A DNA stretch of 62,239 nucleotides, the filler included, from a bacterium (GTDB taxonomy: Bacteria; JBDRGX01): assembly GCA_043817485.1 (NCBI GenBank). It is 7 parts of 7 records of this genome, joined end to end, with 100 filler letters (N's around TTAATTAATTAA, not from the genome) between each part and the next. Parts side by side here need not be neighbours in the genome. Positions count along the whole stretch, not along the records: positions 1 to 5,280 come from JBDRGX010000030.1; positions 5,381 to 18,068 come from JBDRGX010000031.1; 5 more parts are not named here. One strand, written 5' to 3'. The notes under the pieces were generated by a model that had not been told where the DNA came from, ran no database searches, and worked only from the letters and a program-made list of their open reading frames with translations. The translations under genes and the position numbers were made by a program. Positions 1 through 9,415 of the stretch are shown here, one piece after another. Numbering within the stretch: position 1 is the stretch's first letter; every line of letters begins with the position of its first letter.

Positions 1-2
1 TA

Positions 3-731
3 ATAGATGAGTTTTCTCTTGATTGTGAAAAAGCAGTTAAAGATGTAGATTTAGTTATTTTAGCAGTGCCTGTAAATTTAATTGTAAGTTATGTAAAAAA
101 AATTGCTCCTTATTTGAAAAAAAATTGTTTAATTATTGATGTAGGAAGTACAAAAGATAAAATAGTAAAAGAAATTAAAAATTTTATTTCTTCTTTTTCT
201 TCTTCTTTTCATTTTATTCCTTGTCATCCATTAGTTGGATCAGAAAAAGCAAAAATTTTAGCAGCTAATTCTTCTTTATTTCAAAATTCTATATGTATAA
301 TTACTCCAATAGAAGGTGTTTCTAAAAATGCTTTAAATAAAGTAAAAAAAATGTGGCAAATACTTGGAGCAAAAATAGTTTTATGTACTCCAAGTTTTCA
401 TGATAAAATTTTATCATTGACAAGTCATCTTCCTCATCTTATTGCTTTTTCTTTAGTAAATTGTTTTAATTCACAATATAAAAAAAATTCTGTTATGAAA
501 AAATTTATTGGTAAAGGTTTTTTGGATACTACTCGAATTGGAGCAAGTAATCCTTATATCTGGAAAGCAATTTTTTTATCTAATCAAAAAGAAATTATAA
601 AATCATTAAAAAAATTTATTCAAGAATTAAAAGATTTTGAAAAATTAATTGAAAATAAAAATGAAAAAGCACTTTTAGAAAAAATAACTAAAGCAAGTAT
701 TTGTCGTCAAAAATTAAAAAATGAAAAATAA
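3..731 (+). CDS. tyrA: Prephenate/arogenate dehydrogenase (5'-truncated at window edge)
   Basis: DVGSTK, HPLVGSEK, HD...TSHLPH and GFLDTTRIGAS motifs; frame is open from position 3 (IDEFSLDCEKAVKDVDLVILAVP). Confidence 0.9.
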   Translation: MDEFSLDCEKAVKDVDLVILAVPVNLIVSYVKKIAPYLKKNCLIIDVGSTKDKIVKEIKNFISSFSSSFHFIPCHPLVGSEKAKILAANSSLFQNSICIITPIEGVSKNALNKVKKMWQILGAKIVLCTPSFHDKILSLTSHLPHLIAFSLVNCFNSQYKKNSVMKKFIGKGFLDTTRIGASNPYIWKAIFLSNQKEIIKSLKKFIQELKDFEKLIENKNEKALLEKITKASICRQKLKNEK

Positions 732-1419
732 AAAAAAAATATCTGTAATTATTGTTGCAGCTGGACAAGGAAAAAGAGTAGGAAAAAACATCCCTAAACA
801 ATTTTTGAAAATAGGGAATAAAACGATTTTAGATTATACATTAGAAGTATTTAATAATTTTTTGTTAATAGATGAAATAATTTTAGTAACTCGTTCCCCT
901 TTATTATCTCAACAAAATAAAATAAAACAAAAATTTATTAAAATAAAAGCGGTAGTTGAAGGTGGAAAAACTCGTCAAGATTCTGTATTTTGTGGACTTA
1001 TGAAAATGTCTATGGATATAGGAATTGTGCTTATTCATGATGGAGTAAGACCTTTTGTATCTAAAAATATAATTAAAGAAGTTATTATAGGTGCTCAAAA
1101 ATATAAAGCATGTATTCCAGCAATTTCAGTAAAAGAAACTCTTAAAGAATCTACATCTTTTCAAATAATTAAAAAAACTTTAAATAGAGATAATTTTTGG
1201 CTTGCTCAAACTCCACAATCTTTTGAAAAAAATCTTATTATAAATGCATATAATCAAGCTAATAAGGAAAAATTTATAGCTACTGATGATGCTAATTTAT
1301 TAGAAAGATTAGGAAAAAAAATTAAAATAATAAAAGGTGATATTTTCAATATTAAAATAACAACTAAGGAAGATTTGATTTGGGCGAAAAATTATTTAAA
1401 AACAAAAAATCTGTTTTAA
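721..1419 (+). CDS. ispD: 2-C-methyl-D-erythritol 4-phosphate cytidylyltransferase
   Basis: AAGQGKR..PKQF, GGKTRQDSV, HDGVRP, AQTPQ, TDDA and NIKITT motifs. Confidence 0.95.
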   Translation: MKNKKKISVIIVAAGQGKRVGKNIPKQFLKIGNKTILDYTLEVFNNFLLIDEIILVTRSPLLSQQNKIKQKFIKIKAVVEGGKTRQDSVFCGLMKMSMDIGIVLIHDGVRPFVSKNIIKEVIIGAQKYKACIPAISVKETLKESTSFQIIKKTLNRDNFWLAQTPQSFEKNLIINAYNQANKEKFIATDDANLLERLGKKIKIIKGDIFNIKITTKEDLIWAKNYLKTKNLF

Positions 1420-2003
1420 AAATAGGCTTAACGGGTAATATTGGTAGTGGAAAAACTACTGTAGGAAAAATATGGAAAAATTTAGATAATAATTTTCAAT
1501 ATATTAGTATGGATGAAATAGGTCATAAAGTAGTTAAAAAATTACAAAATAAAATTATTGAAAAATTTGGTTTAGAAATTGTAAAAAATGAAAATATAGA
1601 TAATAAAAAATTATCTCATTTAATATTTTTAAATTCTAATTTATATAAAAGTTTTATGAATTTAATTACCCCTTTAATGAAAAAAAGTATAATTTCTGAA
1701 GTAAAAAAAATTACAAAAGGAATATTAATTGTTGATGGTGCTTTGATTTTTGAATATAAGTTAGAAAAATTATTTAATTATATTGTAGTGGTTTCTTCTT
1801 ATAAAAAAACAATGATAAAAAGATTTTGTTTAAAAACTAATTTTTCACAAAATATTGTTAAAAATATTTTAAATAAACAAATAGATATGAAAGAAAAAAT
1901 AAAAAAAGCAGATTTTGTAATTTATAATAATAAGAGTTTTGAAGATTTAGAAAGCAATTCTAAAAAAGTGTGGGAAAAAATAAAAACTATTAATTTTTCT
2001 TGA
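1380..2003 (+). CDS. coaE: Dephospho-CoA kinase
   Basis: IGLTGNIGSGKTT P-loop; C-terminal Q..K...ADFVI.N; start uncertain (TTG). Confidence 0.9.
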   Translation: MGEKLFKNKKSVLKIGLTGNIGSGKTTVGKIWKNLDNNFQYISMDEIGHKVVKKLQNKIIEKFGLEIVKNENIDNKKLSHLIFLNSNLYKSFMNLITPLMKKSIISEVKKITKGILIVDGALIFEYKLEKLFNYIVVVSSYKKTMIKRFCLKTNFSQNIVKNILNKQIDMKEKIKKADFVIYNNKSFEDLESNSKKVWEKIKTINFS

Positions 2004-2074
2004 CTTAAAAATAAATTTATGATTAAGAAACTTCATAAAAAATCAGCAATGAAGATAATTTGAAGGAGTTTTTT

Positions 2075-2491
2075 GTGGAAATAAAAAAGAAAAATATTTA
2101 TATTTCTGCTATTTTAGCTTTTATATTTCCTGGATTAGGACATATTTATGTGGGTAATTTAAAAAAAGGATTATTATTTATGCTAATTTTAGTAAGCCTT
2201 TTTTTAATTGGATTAGCAATGAAAGGTGGCATTATTGTTTTAGATGAAGATTTATTTTTCATTTCTCGATTACTTCAAATTTGCCATTTTTTTAATGGTA
2301 GTATGTTTTTTATTACTTTATTATTTTCAAAATTTTTTGGATTAGGAATAGAATTTGGAGATATAACTTATTCTTATTATGAAATTGGACAATTATTTAT
2401 TATTATTTCGGCATTACTTAATATTCTAATAATTTTCAATGCTTATGATTTAGCTAAAAATATGTTTTGTGAAAAGGAAATTAAAGAATAA
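2075..2491 (+). CDS. Hypothetical membrane protein with PGLGH.Y.G motif
   Basis: LAFIFPGLGHIYVG and hydrophobic helices; AAGGAG RBS favours the GTG start at 2075. Confidence 0.7.
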   Translation: MEIKKKNIYISAILAFIFPGLGHIYVGNLKKGLLFMLILVSLFLIGLAMKGGIIVLDEDLFFISRLLQICHFFNGSMFFITLLFSKFFGLGIEFGDITYSYYEIGQLFIIISALLNILIIFNAYDLAKNMFCEKEIKE

Positions 2492-2661
2492 TGTTTATTT
2501 ATTTTGTAAGTTTTTTATTATTAAGTTTTTTAACAAATTTTGTTTTTTATTTAACAAGTGAAGAAAATTATTCTATTGTTTGGAAAAAAACATTAACTTC
2601 AACATTTAATTTTGTAGGAATTTTATTATTAATTGGAATAATAGTATTTTTTTTAAATTAA
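2491..2661 (+). CDS. Small 56-aa two-TM membrane protein (not in ORF track)
   Basis: ATG overlaps the upstream stop (TAATG); MFIYFVSFLLLSFLTNFVFYLTSEENYSIVWKKTLTSTFNFVGILLLIGIIVFFLN; fills the gap to ffh. Confidence 0.65.
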   Translation: MFIYFVSFLLLSFLTNFVFYLTSEENYSIVWKKTLTSTFNFVGILLLIGIIVFFLN

Positions 2662-2670
2662 AGGATTATT

Positions 2671-3978
2671 ATGTTTGATTCTTTACAAGAAAAATTTGAA
2701 ATAATTTTTAAAAAACTTCGTGGAGAAGCTGTTTTAAATGAGAAAAATATTGAAGAAGCAATTAGAAGTGTAAAAATTGCTTTATTAGAAGCAGATGTTA
2801 ATTTTAAAGTAGTAAAAGAATTTATTGATGAGTTAACTTCTAAATTATTAGGTACAGAAGTTTTAAAAAGTTTTACTCCAAGTCAACAAGTAATAAAAAT
2901 AGTTCATCAATTTTTTGTTGATTTTTTAGGGAAAAACAAAGAAGATATTTTAATTTCTACTCAACCAACAGTAATTATGTTAATAGGTTTAAATGGTTCT
3001 GGAAAAACTACAACTTGTGTTAAATTAGCACAATATTTTAAAAATAAAAATATTAGTTCAATATTAGTAGGATGTGATATTTATAGACCAGCTGCAATTA
3101 AACAACTTCAAATATTAGGGAAAAGTATAAATGTTGAAGTTGTTGCAAAAGAAGATTTATCCCCTTTAGAAATTTCTCTTGAAGCAATTGATAAAGCAAA
3201 AAAAGAAAAAATAAATGTTGTAATATTAGATACTCGTGGTAGACTTCATATAGATGATGAATTGATGAAAGAATTAGTTTTGATGAAAACAAAAATTTCT
3301 CCTCAAGAAATTATTTTAGTTGCTGATGCAATGACTGGTCAAGATGCTGTTAATATTGCTAAAAAATTTGATGAACAAATAGGACTTACTGGAATTATTC
3401 TTTCGAAATTAGATAGTGATACTCGAGCTGGTGCTGCTTTATCTATGAGAAAAATTACTGGAAAACCAATAAAATTTGTAGGAATAAGTGAAAAAATAGA
3501 TGGATTAGAACCATTTTATCCTGATAGAATAGTAAATAGAATTTTGGGAATGGGAGATATGCTTTCTTTAATTGAAAAAGCAGAAAAATCTTTTGAAATA
3601 GAAGATATGCAAAAATTAGAAAAAAAAATAAAAAAAGGAGAAACATTAGAATTAAATGATTTTTTAATTCAATTAAAGCAAGTTAGAAAAATGGGATCTT
3701 TGCAAGAAATAATTAGCATGCTTCCTGGTGGAGCTAAATTGAAGAATATTAATATTGATGAAAAAGAACTTGAAAGATTTGAAGCAATTATTCATTCTAT
3801 GACAAAAGAAGAAAGACAGAATCCTTTTATTGTTGGAAATTCAAGAAAAAAAAGAATATCTTTAGGTAGTGGTGTAGATGTTCAAGATATAAATAAACTT
3901 TTGAAAAGATTTTATTCTGCTCAAAAAATAATGAAACAAATGGGATCTTTAAAATTTAAAATACCATTCATTAAATAA
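2671..3978 (+). CDS. ffh: Signal recognition particle protein
   Basis: ALLEADVN, GSGKTTT, DIYRPAAI, DAMTGQDA, RILGMGD and an M domain. Confidence 0.97.
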   Translation: MFDSLQEKFEIIFKKLRGEAVLNEKNIEEAIRSVKIALLEADVNFKVVKEFIDELTSKLLGTEVLKSFTPSQQVIKIVHQFFVDFLGKNKEDILISTQPTVIMLIGLNGSGKTTTCVKLAQYFKNKNISSILVGCDIYRPAAIKQLQILGKSINVEVVAKEDLSPLEISLEAIDKAKKEKINVVILDTRGRLHIDDELMKELVLMKTKISPQEIILVADAMTGQDAVNIAKKFDEQIGLTGIILSKLDSDTRAGAALSMRKITGKPIKFVGISEKIDGLEPFYPDRIVNRILGMGDMLSLIEKAEKSFEIEDMQKLEKKIKKGETLELNDFLIQLKQVRKMGSLQEIISMLPGGAKLKNINIDEKELERFEAIIHSMTKEERQNPFIVGNSRKKRISLGSGVDVQDINKLLKRFYSAQKIMKQMGSLKFKIPFIK

Positions 3979-3999
3979 AGTTTAAAGGAGTTAAAATAA

Positions 4000-4308
4000 A
4001 TGAGTGTAAAAATTAGATTAATGAGGAAAGGTAAAAAAAAATTTCCTTTTTATAGAATTGTTGTTACTGATTCAAGAAGTTCTTTAAAAGGATGGTTTAT
4101 TGAAGATATGGGAAGTTATCGTCCTGTATGTCCAGAAGGAAAACAATTAGATTTAGATGAACAAAAAGTACTTTCATGGTTAAATAAAGGAGCAGAACCA
4201 ACCTCTGTAGTAAAAAACATTTTAAAAAAAACAGGAATTTTATCTCGGTTTAATATTTCAAAAAAGAAAACCGTAAATCCAGTTAAATTACAATCTAAGG
4301 GAGATTAA
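4000..4308 (+). CDS. rpsP: 30S ribosomal protein S16
   Basis: VKIRL.R.GKKK.PFYRIVVTDSR; WL.KGA.P; conserved position after ffh. Confidence 0.97.
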   Translation: MSVKIRLMRKGKKKFPFYRIVVTDSRSSLKGWFIEDMGSYRPVCPEGKQLDLDEQKVLSWLNKGAEPTSVVKNILKKTGILSRFNISKKKTVNPVKLQSKGD

Positions 4309-4312
4309 TAAA

Positions 4313-4543
4313 ATGAAAGATTTTCTTATATATATAGCCAAAAATTTAGTAGATAATCCAGAAAAAGTAACAGTAAATGAAATTGAAAGTGAAAAAACTG
4401 TTATTTTAGAATTAAGAGTTGATCAACAAGATTTAGGTAAAGTAATTGGAAAACATGGTAGAATTGCACATTCTTTAAGAGTATTATTATGTGCTATTGC
4501 TGCTAAAGCCGGAAAAAGAGTTGTTCTTGAAATAATTGAATAA
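4313..4543 (+). CDS. khpA: KH-domain RNA-binding protein KhpA
   Basis: LVDNPE, DLGKVIGKHGR; follows rpsP. Confidence 0.93.
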   Translation: MKDFLIYIAKNLVDNPEKVTVNEIESEKTVILELRVDQQDLGKVIGKHGRIAHSLRVLLCAIAAKAGKRVVLEIIE

Positions 4544-4594
4544 AAAAATAGGTTCTGCTCCTTATATTTTTTTAATCAAGAAAGTATAGATAAT

Positions 4595-5280
4595 ATGCAA
4601 ATAGATGTTTTAACATTATTTCCTAAAATGTTTTTTTCTCCATTTGAAGAAAGTATTATTAAAAGAGCAAAAGAAAAAGAAATAGTAAAAATAAATATTC
4701 ATAATATTAGAGATTTTGCTTTAGATAAACATAAACAAGTAGATGATAAGCCCTTTGGTGGTGTTCCAGGAATGGTTTTGAAAATTGAACCAATTTATAG
4801 AGCTTTTGAACAATTAAATTTTTTAAATGTTCAAAAAAAAATTTTTCTTTCTCCTCAAGGAAAATTATTAACTCAATCAATATTATTTGATTTACTTTCT
4901 TATGATCATTTAGTGCTTTTATGTGGTCATTATGAAGGGGTTGATGAAAGAATAATAGATCTACTTATTACTGATGAAATTTCTATTGGAAATTATGTTT
5001 TAAGTGGAGGAGAAATTCCAGCAATGGTAATAATTGATGCTATTGTAAGATTATTACCAAATGCTATTGGAAAAAAAGAATCATTGGAAAATGAATCTTT
5101 TTCGAATAATCTTTTAGATTATCCAGTGTTCACAAGACCAAGAGAATTTAAAAGTTTGAAAGTTCCAGAAGTTCTTTTATCTGGCAATCATAAAGAAATA
5201 GAATTTTTTAAAAAAATAGAAGCTTTGAAAAAAACGTTTAAAAAAAGACCTGATTTAATAAACAAAGATTTTTTTTCAGA
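4595..5280 (+). CDS. trmD: tRNA (guanine-N1)-methyltransferase (3'-truncated by gap)
   Basis: VDDKPFGG.PGM, LCGHYEGVDER, YVLSGGE, VPEVLLSGNH. Confidence 0.97.
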
Positions 5281-5380
5281 NNNNNNNNNNNNNNNNNNNN
5301 NNNNNNNNNNNNNNNNNNNNNNNNTTAATTAATTAANNNNNNNNNNNNNNNNNNNNNNNNNNNNNNNNNNNNNNNNNNNN
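5281..5380. other. Artificial contig linker
   Basis: N run with central TTAATTAATTAA (stops in all six frames). Confidence 0.98.
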
Positions 5381-5493
5381 GTGTCATAACTCTAAATCTA
5401 GACATCCACACCACAACATATTGTGGTTTTGTGGAAACCTACCACTTTATGTTGTAAAACAATTGCCGTGAAATTGAATTATGACACAGTCTC
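5381..5493. mobile_element. MITE-like element with IS1182-like terminal inverted repeats (left end clipped by contig edge)
   Basis: Starts GTGTCATAA, ends TTATGACACAGTCTC (inverted pair); no ORF; followed by the REP half-site ATGAATTGCCCCTAC. Confidence 0.6.
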
Positions 5494-5679
5494 ATGAATT
5501 GCCCCTACAAAATTATTTTTATTTCAACATCAGCATTTTTTTACAATTTAGTGTTTTGTTATCAACAATTGTTTCATAAAAATACATTCCCGATGAAACT
5601 TCTTTTCCTAAATTATTTATTTTTGCTTTTCTATTATATGCTATCCATAAAGTCAAAATAATTTTTCTATAAACATTTT

Positions 5680-8600
5680 TTATGGAGCAGTATATTGTCT
5701 TAGTACCACTATTTTTTCTATTTCACTTGTAATTGTTTTATCATCTTTAACAGCTTCTATTTTATATAAATAAACTCCATTTCCTATTTTTATTCCATCT
5801 ATATCTTTTCCATCCCAAAAAATAGTATTATATCCAGATTTACAAACTGTTTTGTTTTCTAATTCTTGCACTAAACGACCTGATATTGTGTAAATTTTAC
5901 AAACCACTTTATCTGGTATTTGAGAAATAAAATAAGTAATTGTTGTATTATCTTTAAAAGGATTAGGATAATTAATTAGATTTTTTATTTCAAATTTAGT
6001 TGCTATTTGTAAAGTAAATATTCCTTTATTTCCTTCAACATCGATTACTTCAATAATAATATTATAATCTTTATTTTTCATAAATAAAGGATATGCTTGA
6101 TTTGGTAATTTTTCTGGTTCTAAATTTATTTGTAAAGGATATGGAGCTACATACGAATGATAATAATTAATAGATCCATCATCAATAATTTTTATTTCTT
6201 TTATTCCAGATTCATCTATTGCTTCTATTTTCAAATTATGAGCATTAGAAGGTAAGTAGTCCATATTTTCAAAAAGAACTTCATCAATGAAAACTTTTAT
6301 TAAAGGTGCATTTAAGTCACCAATAATAAGACCAGGATCTCCAGATAATATAAAATCATTACTAATAGATAAATTTGAATTAATTACAGCAGTAGTAAAA
6401 GCACTTCCCAAAGTTCTTTTTCCTATAAGTTTTGCTTCATTGCCCAATTTATTTTCATAAAAAAATGATGTTAAAAAATTTTTTCCAAAATTAATATTAT
6501 TAGAATGATACGAATTTCTTGTTGTTGCTAAAAAAGCAATAGCTCCTTTTTTTTCAGATTTAACCATGTCTTTTGCTAGTACCCAATTATTTCCTGAATT
6601 TTGTGGATGTAAATTATCAACAGCTCCATTTCCACATGTCATTGTTAAAAATATAGGAAAAGAATTATTAGAAAGTGCATTAATTGTACTCATTGAAGTA
6701 TTAAATGCATCTTCATCAGCCATTTGTCCAGGAGAACCATGTCCAGCATATATTGCCATTAAATGGCCTCTATTTATTTGCTGAATAATTTCATTTTTAA
6801 CTTCAAGAGATAATAAATTTGTTCCTACCCAAACTTTTAGATAATCTTTTAAATAAATTTTTGTAGTTTTATATTCTAAAGGAATATATTTTTTCTTTTT
6901 ATCATTATATCCATTTGAAATATTTTCTAAATCCTCCCAAAATTCTTTCTCTACTGAAATTGTTTTTCCTGGCTTTTCATCATCATCACCTATTAACAAA
7001 ATTCGTTTTCTTTGTTCGCTAAAATCTTTTTGTTTTTCAAAAATTTCTATTTTATCAATTACTTTTTTTAATTCATCTGGATTTTGAACACAAAAACGAC
7101 CAATATTCATTTGTGGAACAAAATTATCAGAAAAACAAACAAACCATCTATCTGTTAAATTTACTCTATAAAAAACAATATTTTCTATTTTATCAAAATT
7201 GTAAAAAGAAGGAATTATATTCCATTCAGAATTTTTTCCTTTAAAATCATATCCACAATTTCCTACTAATAAAACATAAGCTGGTTTATGTGTTTGATCC
7301 CAAAAATTTAAAGTATATTGTAAAAAATTTCTAATAGCAACTGGATCTACTAATCCATAACTAAAATAATCATAAATATCAAAAATACTTACAATCATTA
7401 CATTAGGATTATTTTCTTCTATTCCTTCAAATATTAAAGGATTTGTTTCTCTATGTTTTTTTAATCTTTGTAATTCATTTATAAAAACTGGATGCGTAAT
7501 AATAAGATAATCTACTTTGTTTTTCGAAAGTATTTTTTCAGTACCAATATCTCTTGTCCCACATAAATCTGAAGAAATAATTTTATCAAATCCTATTGCA
7601 ATATAAGCTTTTTTTTCATTATTGAAAATATCTTTAAATTCTACTTGTCCATTGTTATATTTAAAATTTACAATTTTTTTAATTTTTTCTGGATTAGTAA
7701 TATCAAAAATTTCTATTTGCGAAAAAGTAAATTTTTTCAACAAAAATTTATAAATCCCATTTTTTTTATTATTTGGATTCATAAAATATAAAATATTATC
7801 ATTTGCTTCATATTTTTGAGCAAATTCAACTTCAAAATATCGACAATAAATATTTTTACTTTCATTTGATTTTAAAACAAGATTATTTTCTGTTGTTAAA
7901 AAATTAATTGGAATAGTGCCTTTCATAAAACCTGAATTAGAACTTAAAATAATTTCTTTATCATTTATATTACATTTTATATTTGTAATAGGTGTTAAAG
8001 AAAATAAAATAGAAGCTTCTTTTTTCTCATCTACAAAAGGCAAACAAAAAGGAAAATTAGCTTCTTTTACAAATGTTTTCCAATAAATATTAAAAGGAGA
8101 TTTATCACTACTATCTATCCCATCACTAATATTATTTTTTTCTTTTTGAAAATGAATTTTACTTTCAAATGTTTCTCCAATTTCTTCTTCATTCCCTAAA
8201 ATACTACCATCTATTTCTTCTATTAGATTTCTTATTTCACCTTTATAACTAAGCCAATAAAAATTTTCTTTTGCATAGGGATGATCATAATATTTCCCTT
8301 CAATATAATCAAACCACTCTGTTCCTAATCCATAAAAAAGTATATAATCTTGTATATCAATTTTATTATTTTTATTTTCATCATAAATATAAATATTAAT
8401 TTCTTTTAATGGTTCTGAAGTAATACATTTTTCTGAATTTGGGTTTTCTTTATTATCATATTCTGAAAGTATTTTTTCAGGCAAACTATAAAAATAAGGA
8501 ATTTCTGGAACAGGGTTAAAATTTTTCATAGAGTAGACATTATTATACATTTTTATTTTATTTATTTCTGTTCCAAGTGGCATTGCTCCTTTAAAATCAT

Positions 8601-9381
8601 TATATGTAATTTTATATAATCCAGATTTTTCTATTTTAAATTTTAACAAAGGATTTTCGCTATCTTTCATTTTCTGCGTCATTAAACCAAATTTTTTTCC
8701 TGTTCTCCATTTTAAAGATTGATCATAATTTAAAATAGTATTTTTATAAACTGGTTCAAAAAAAGGATCTTTTTTTGGAATAGAAAATTCTTTTAAAAAT
8801 GGTGTTTTTTTAAAAGAAACTCGAGCTTGTATTTTTTCAAATAAATTTACTTCTTTTATTGCACCATTATATTGAACAGGATAAAACTTTATATTTACTA
8901 CTTTTTGATCTCTTAAATAAAAAGATTTAGAAATTTCAACTATTTTTTCGGGATAAAATTTATTTTGTTGATAAAAACTTTCATTTTTAAAAAATTCTTC
9001 TTTTATATAATTTAATCCAGTTATTGTTTTTGCTTCTATTTTATGAGGAGAAGGATAAAAATTATAATTGCAAAGTTTTTTAGAATTATTATTTATTATT
9101 TCAATTTCTACTTCTGTATCTTCTGGAACACCTAAAATGGTTTCAATATAAGGAAGTTTAGGACTACCTTCTATATCTAAATATTGAGCTTCTTTTATAT
9201 CAATAAAATTATATTTTACTTCATTTGTTAAAATATCATTTTCTTCATATTCTAAATTAGCAAAATCTATTGTTAATGAATTATCATCAAATGATGTTAT
9301 TTTTAATCCATCACTATAAGCATAAGAAACAAATAAAATATAAATAAAAATTTTAAAAAATAATTTTTTTATTATTTTCAT
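5680..9381 (-). CDS. Secreted C25 family cysteine peptidase (gingipain/PorU-like) with propeptide and C-terminal FlgD-Ig/T9SS-like sorting domain
   Basis: Signal peptide MKIIKK...AYS; GSPKLP propeptide; YLIIT, AIRNFL, YVLLVG, IGR; catalytic YAGHG and MTCGNG; NYPNPF...IYTISGRLV...WDGKD..G...NGVYLY tail. Start moved from 9441 to 9381. Confidence 0.85.
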   Translation of the reverse strand: MKIIKKLFFKIFIYILFVSYAYSDGLKITSFDDNSLTIDFANLEYEENDILTNEVKYNFIDIKEAQYLDIEGSPKLPYIETILGVPEDTEVEIEIINNNSKKLCNYNFYPSPHKIEAKTITGLNYIKEEFFKNESFYQQNKFYPEKIVEISKSFYLRDQKVVNIKFYPVQYNGAIKEVNLFEKIQARVSFKKTPFLKEFSIPKKDPFFEPVYKNTILNYDQSLKWRTGKKFGLMTQKMKDSENPLLKFKIEKSGLYKITYNDFKGAMPLGTEINKIKMYNNVYSMKNFNPVPEIPYFYSLPEKILSEYDNKENPNSEKCITSEPLKEINIYIYDENKNNKIDIQDYILFYGLGTEWFDYIEGKYYDHPYAKENFYWLSYKGEIRNLIEEIDGSILGNEEEIGETFESKIHFQKEKNNISDGIDSSDKSPFNIYWKTFVKEANFPFCLPFVDEKKEASILFSLTPITNIKCNINDKEIILSSNSGFMKGTIPINFLTTENNLVLKSNESKNIYCRYFEVEFAQKYEANDNILYFMNPNNKKNGIYKFLLKKFTFSQIEIFDITNPEKIKKIVNFKYNNGQVEFKDIFNNEKKAYIAIGFDKIISSDLCGTRDIGTEKILSKNKVDYLIITHPVFINELQRLKKHRETNPLIFEGIEENNPNVMIVSIFDIYDYFSYGLVDPVAIRNFLQYTLNFWDQTHKPAYVLLVGNCGYDFKGKNSEWNIIPSFYNFDKIENIVFYRVNLTDRWFVCFSDNFVPQMNIGRFCVQNPDELKKVIDKIEIFEKQKDFSEQRKRILLIGDDDEKPGKTISVEKEFWEDLENISNGYNDKKKKYIPLEYKTTKIYLKDYLKVWVGTNLLSLEVKNEIIQQINRGHLMAIYAGHGSPGQMADEDAFNTSMSTINALSNNSFPIFLTMTCGNGAVDNLHPQNSGNNWVLAKDMVKSEKKGAIAFLATTRNSYHSNNINFGKNFLTSFFYENKLGNEAKLIGKRTLGSAFTTAVINSNLSISNDFILSGDPGLIIGDLNAPLIKVFIDEVLFENMDYLPSNAHNLKIEAIDESGIKEIKIIDDGSINYYHSYVAPYPLQINLEPEKLPNQAYPLFMKNKDYNIIIEVIDVEGNKGIFTLQIATKFEIKNLINYPNPFKDNTTITYFISQIPDKVVCKIYTISGRLVQELENKTVCKSGYNTIFWDGKDIDGIKIGNGVYLYKIEAVKDDKTITSEIEKIVVLRQYTAP

Positions 9382-9415
9382 TGATTTTTGGGACAAAAAA
9401 TAAATTTTTCTATCC

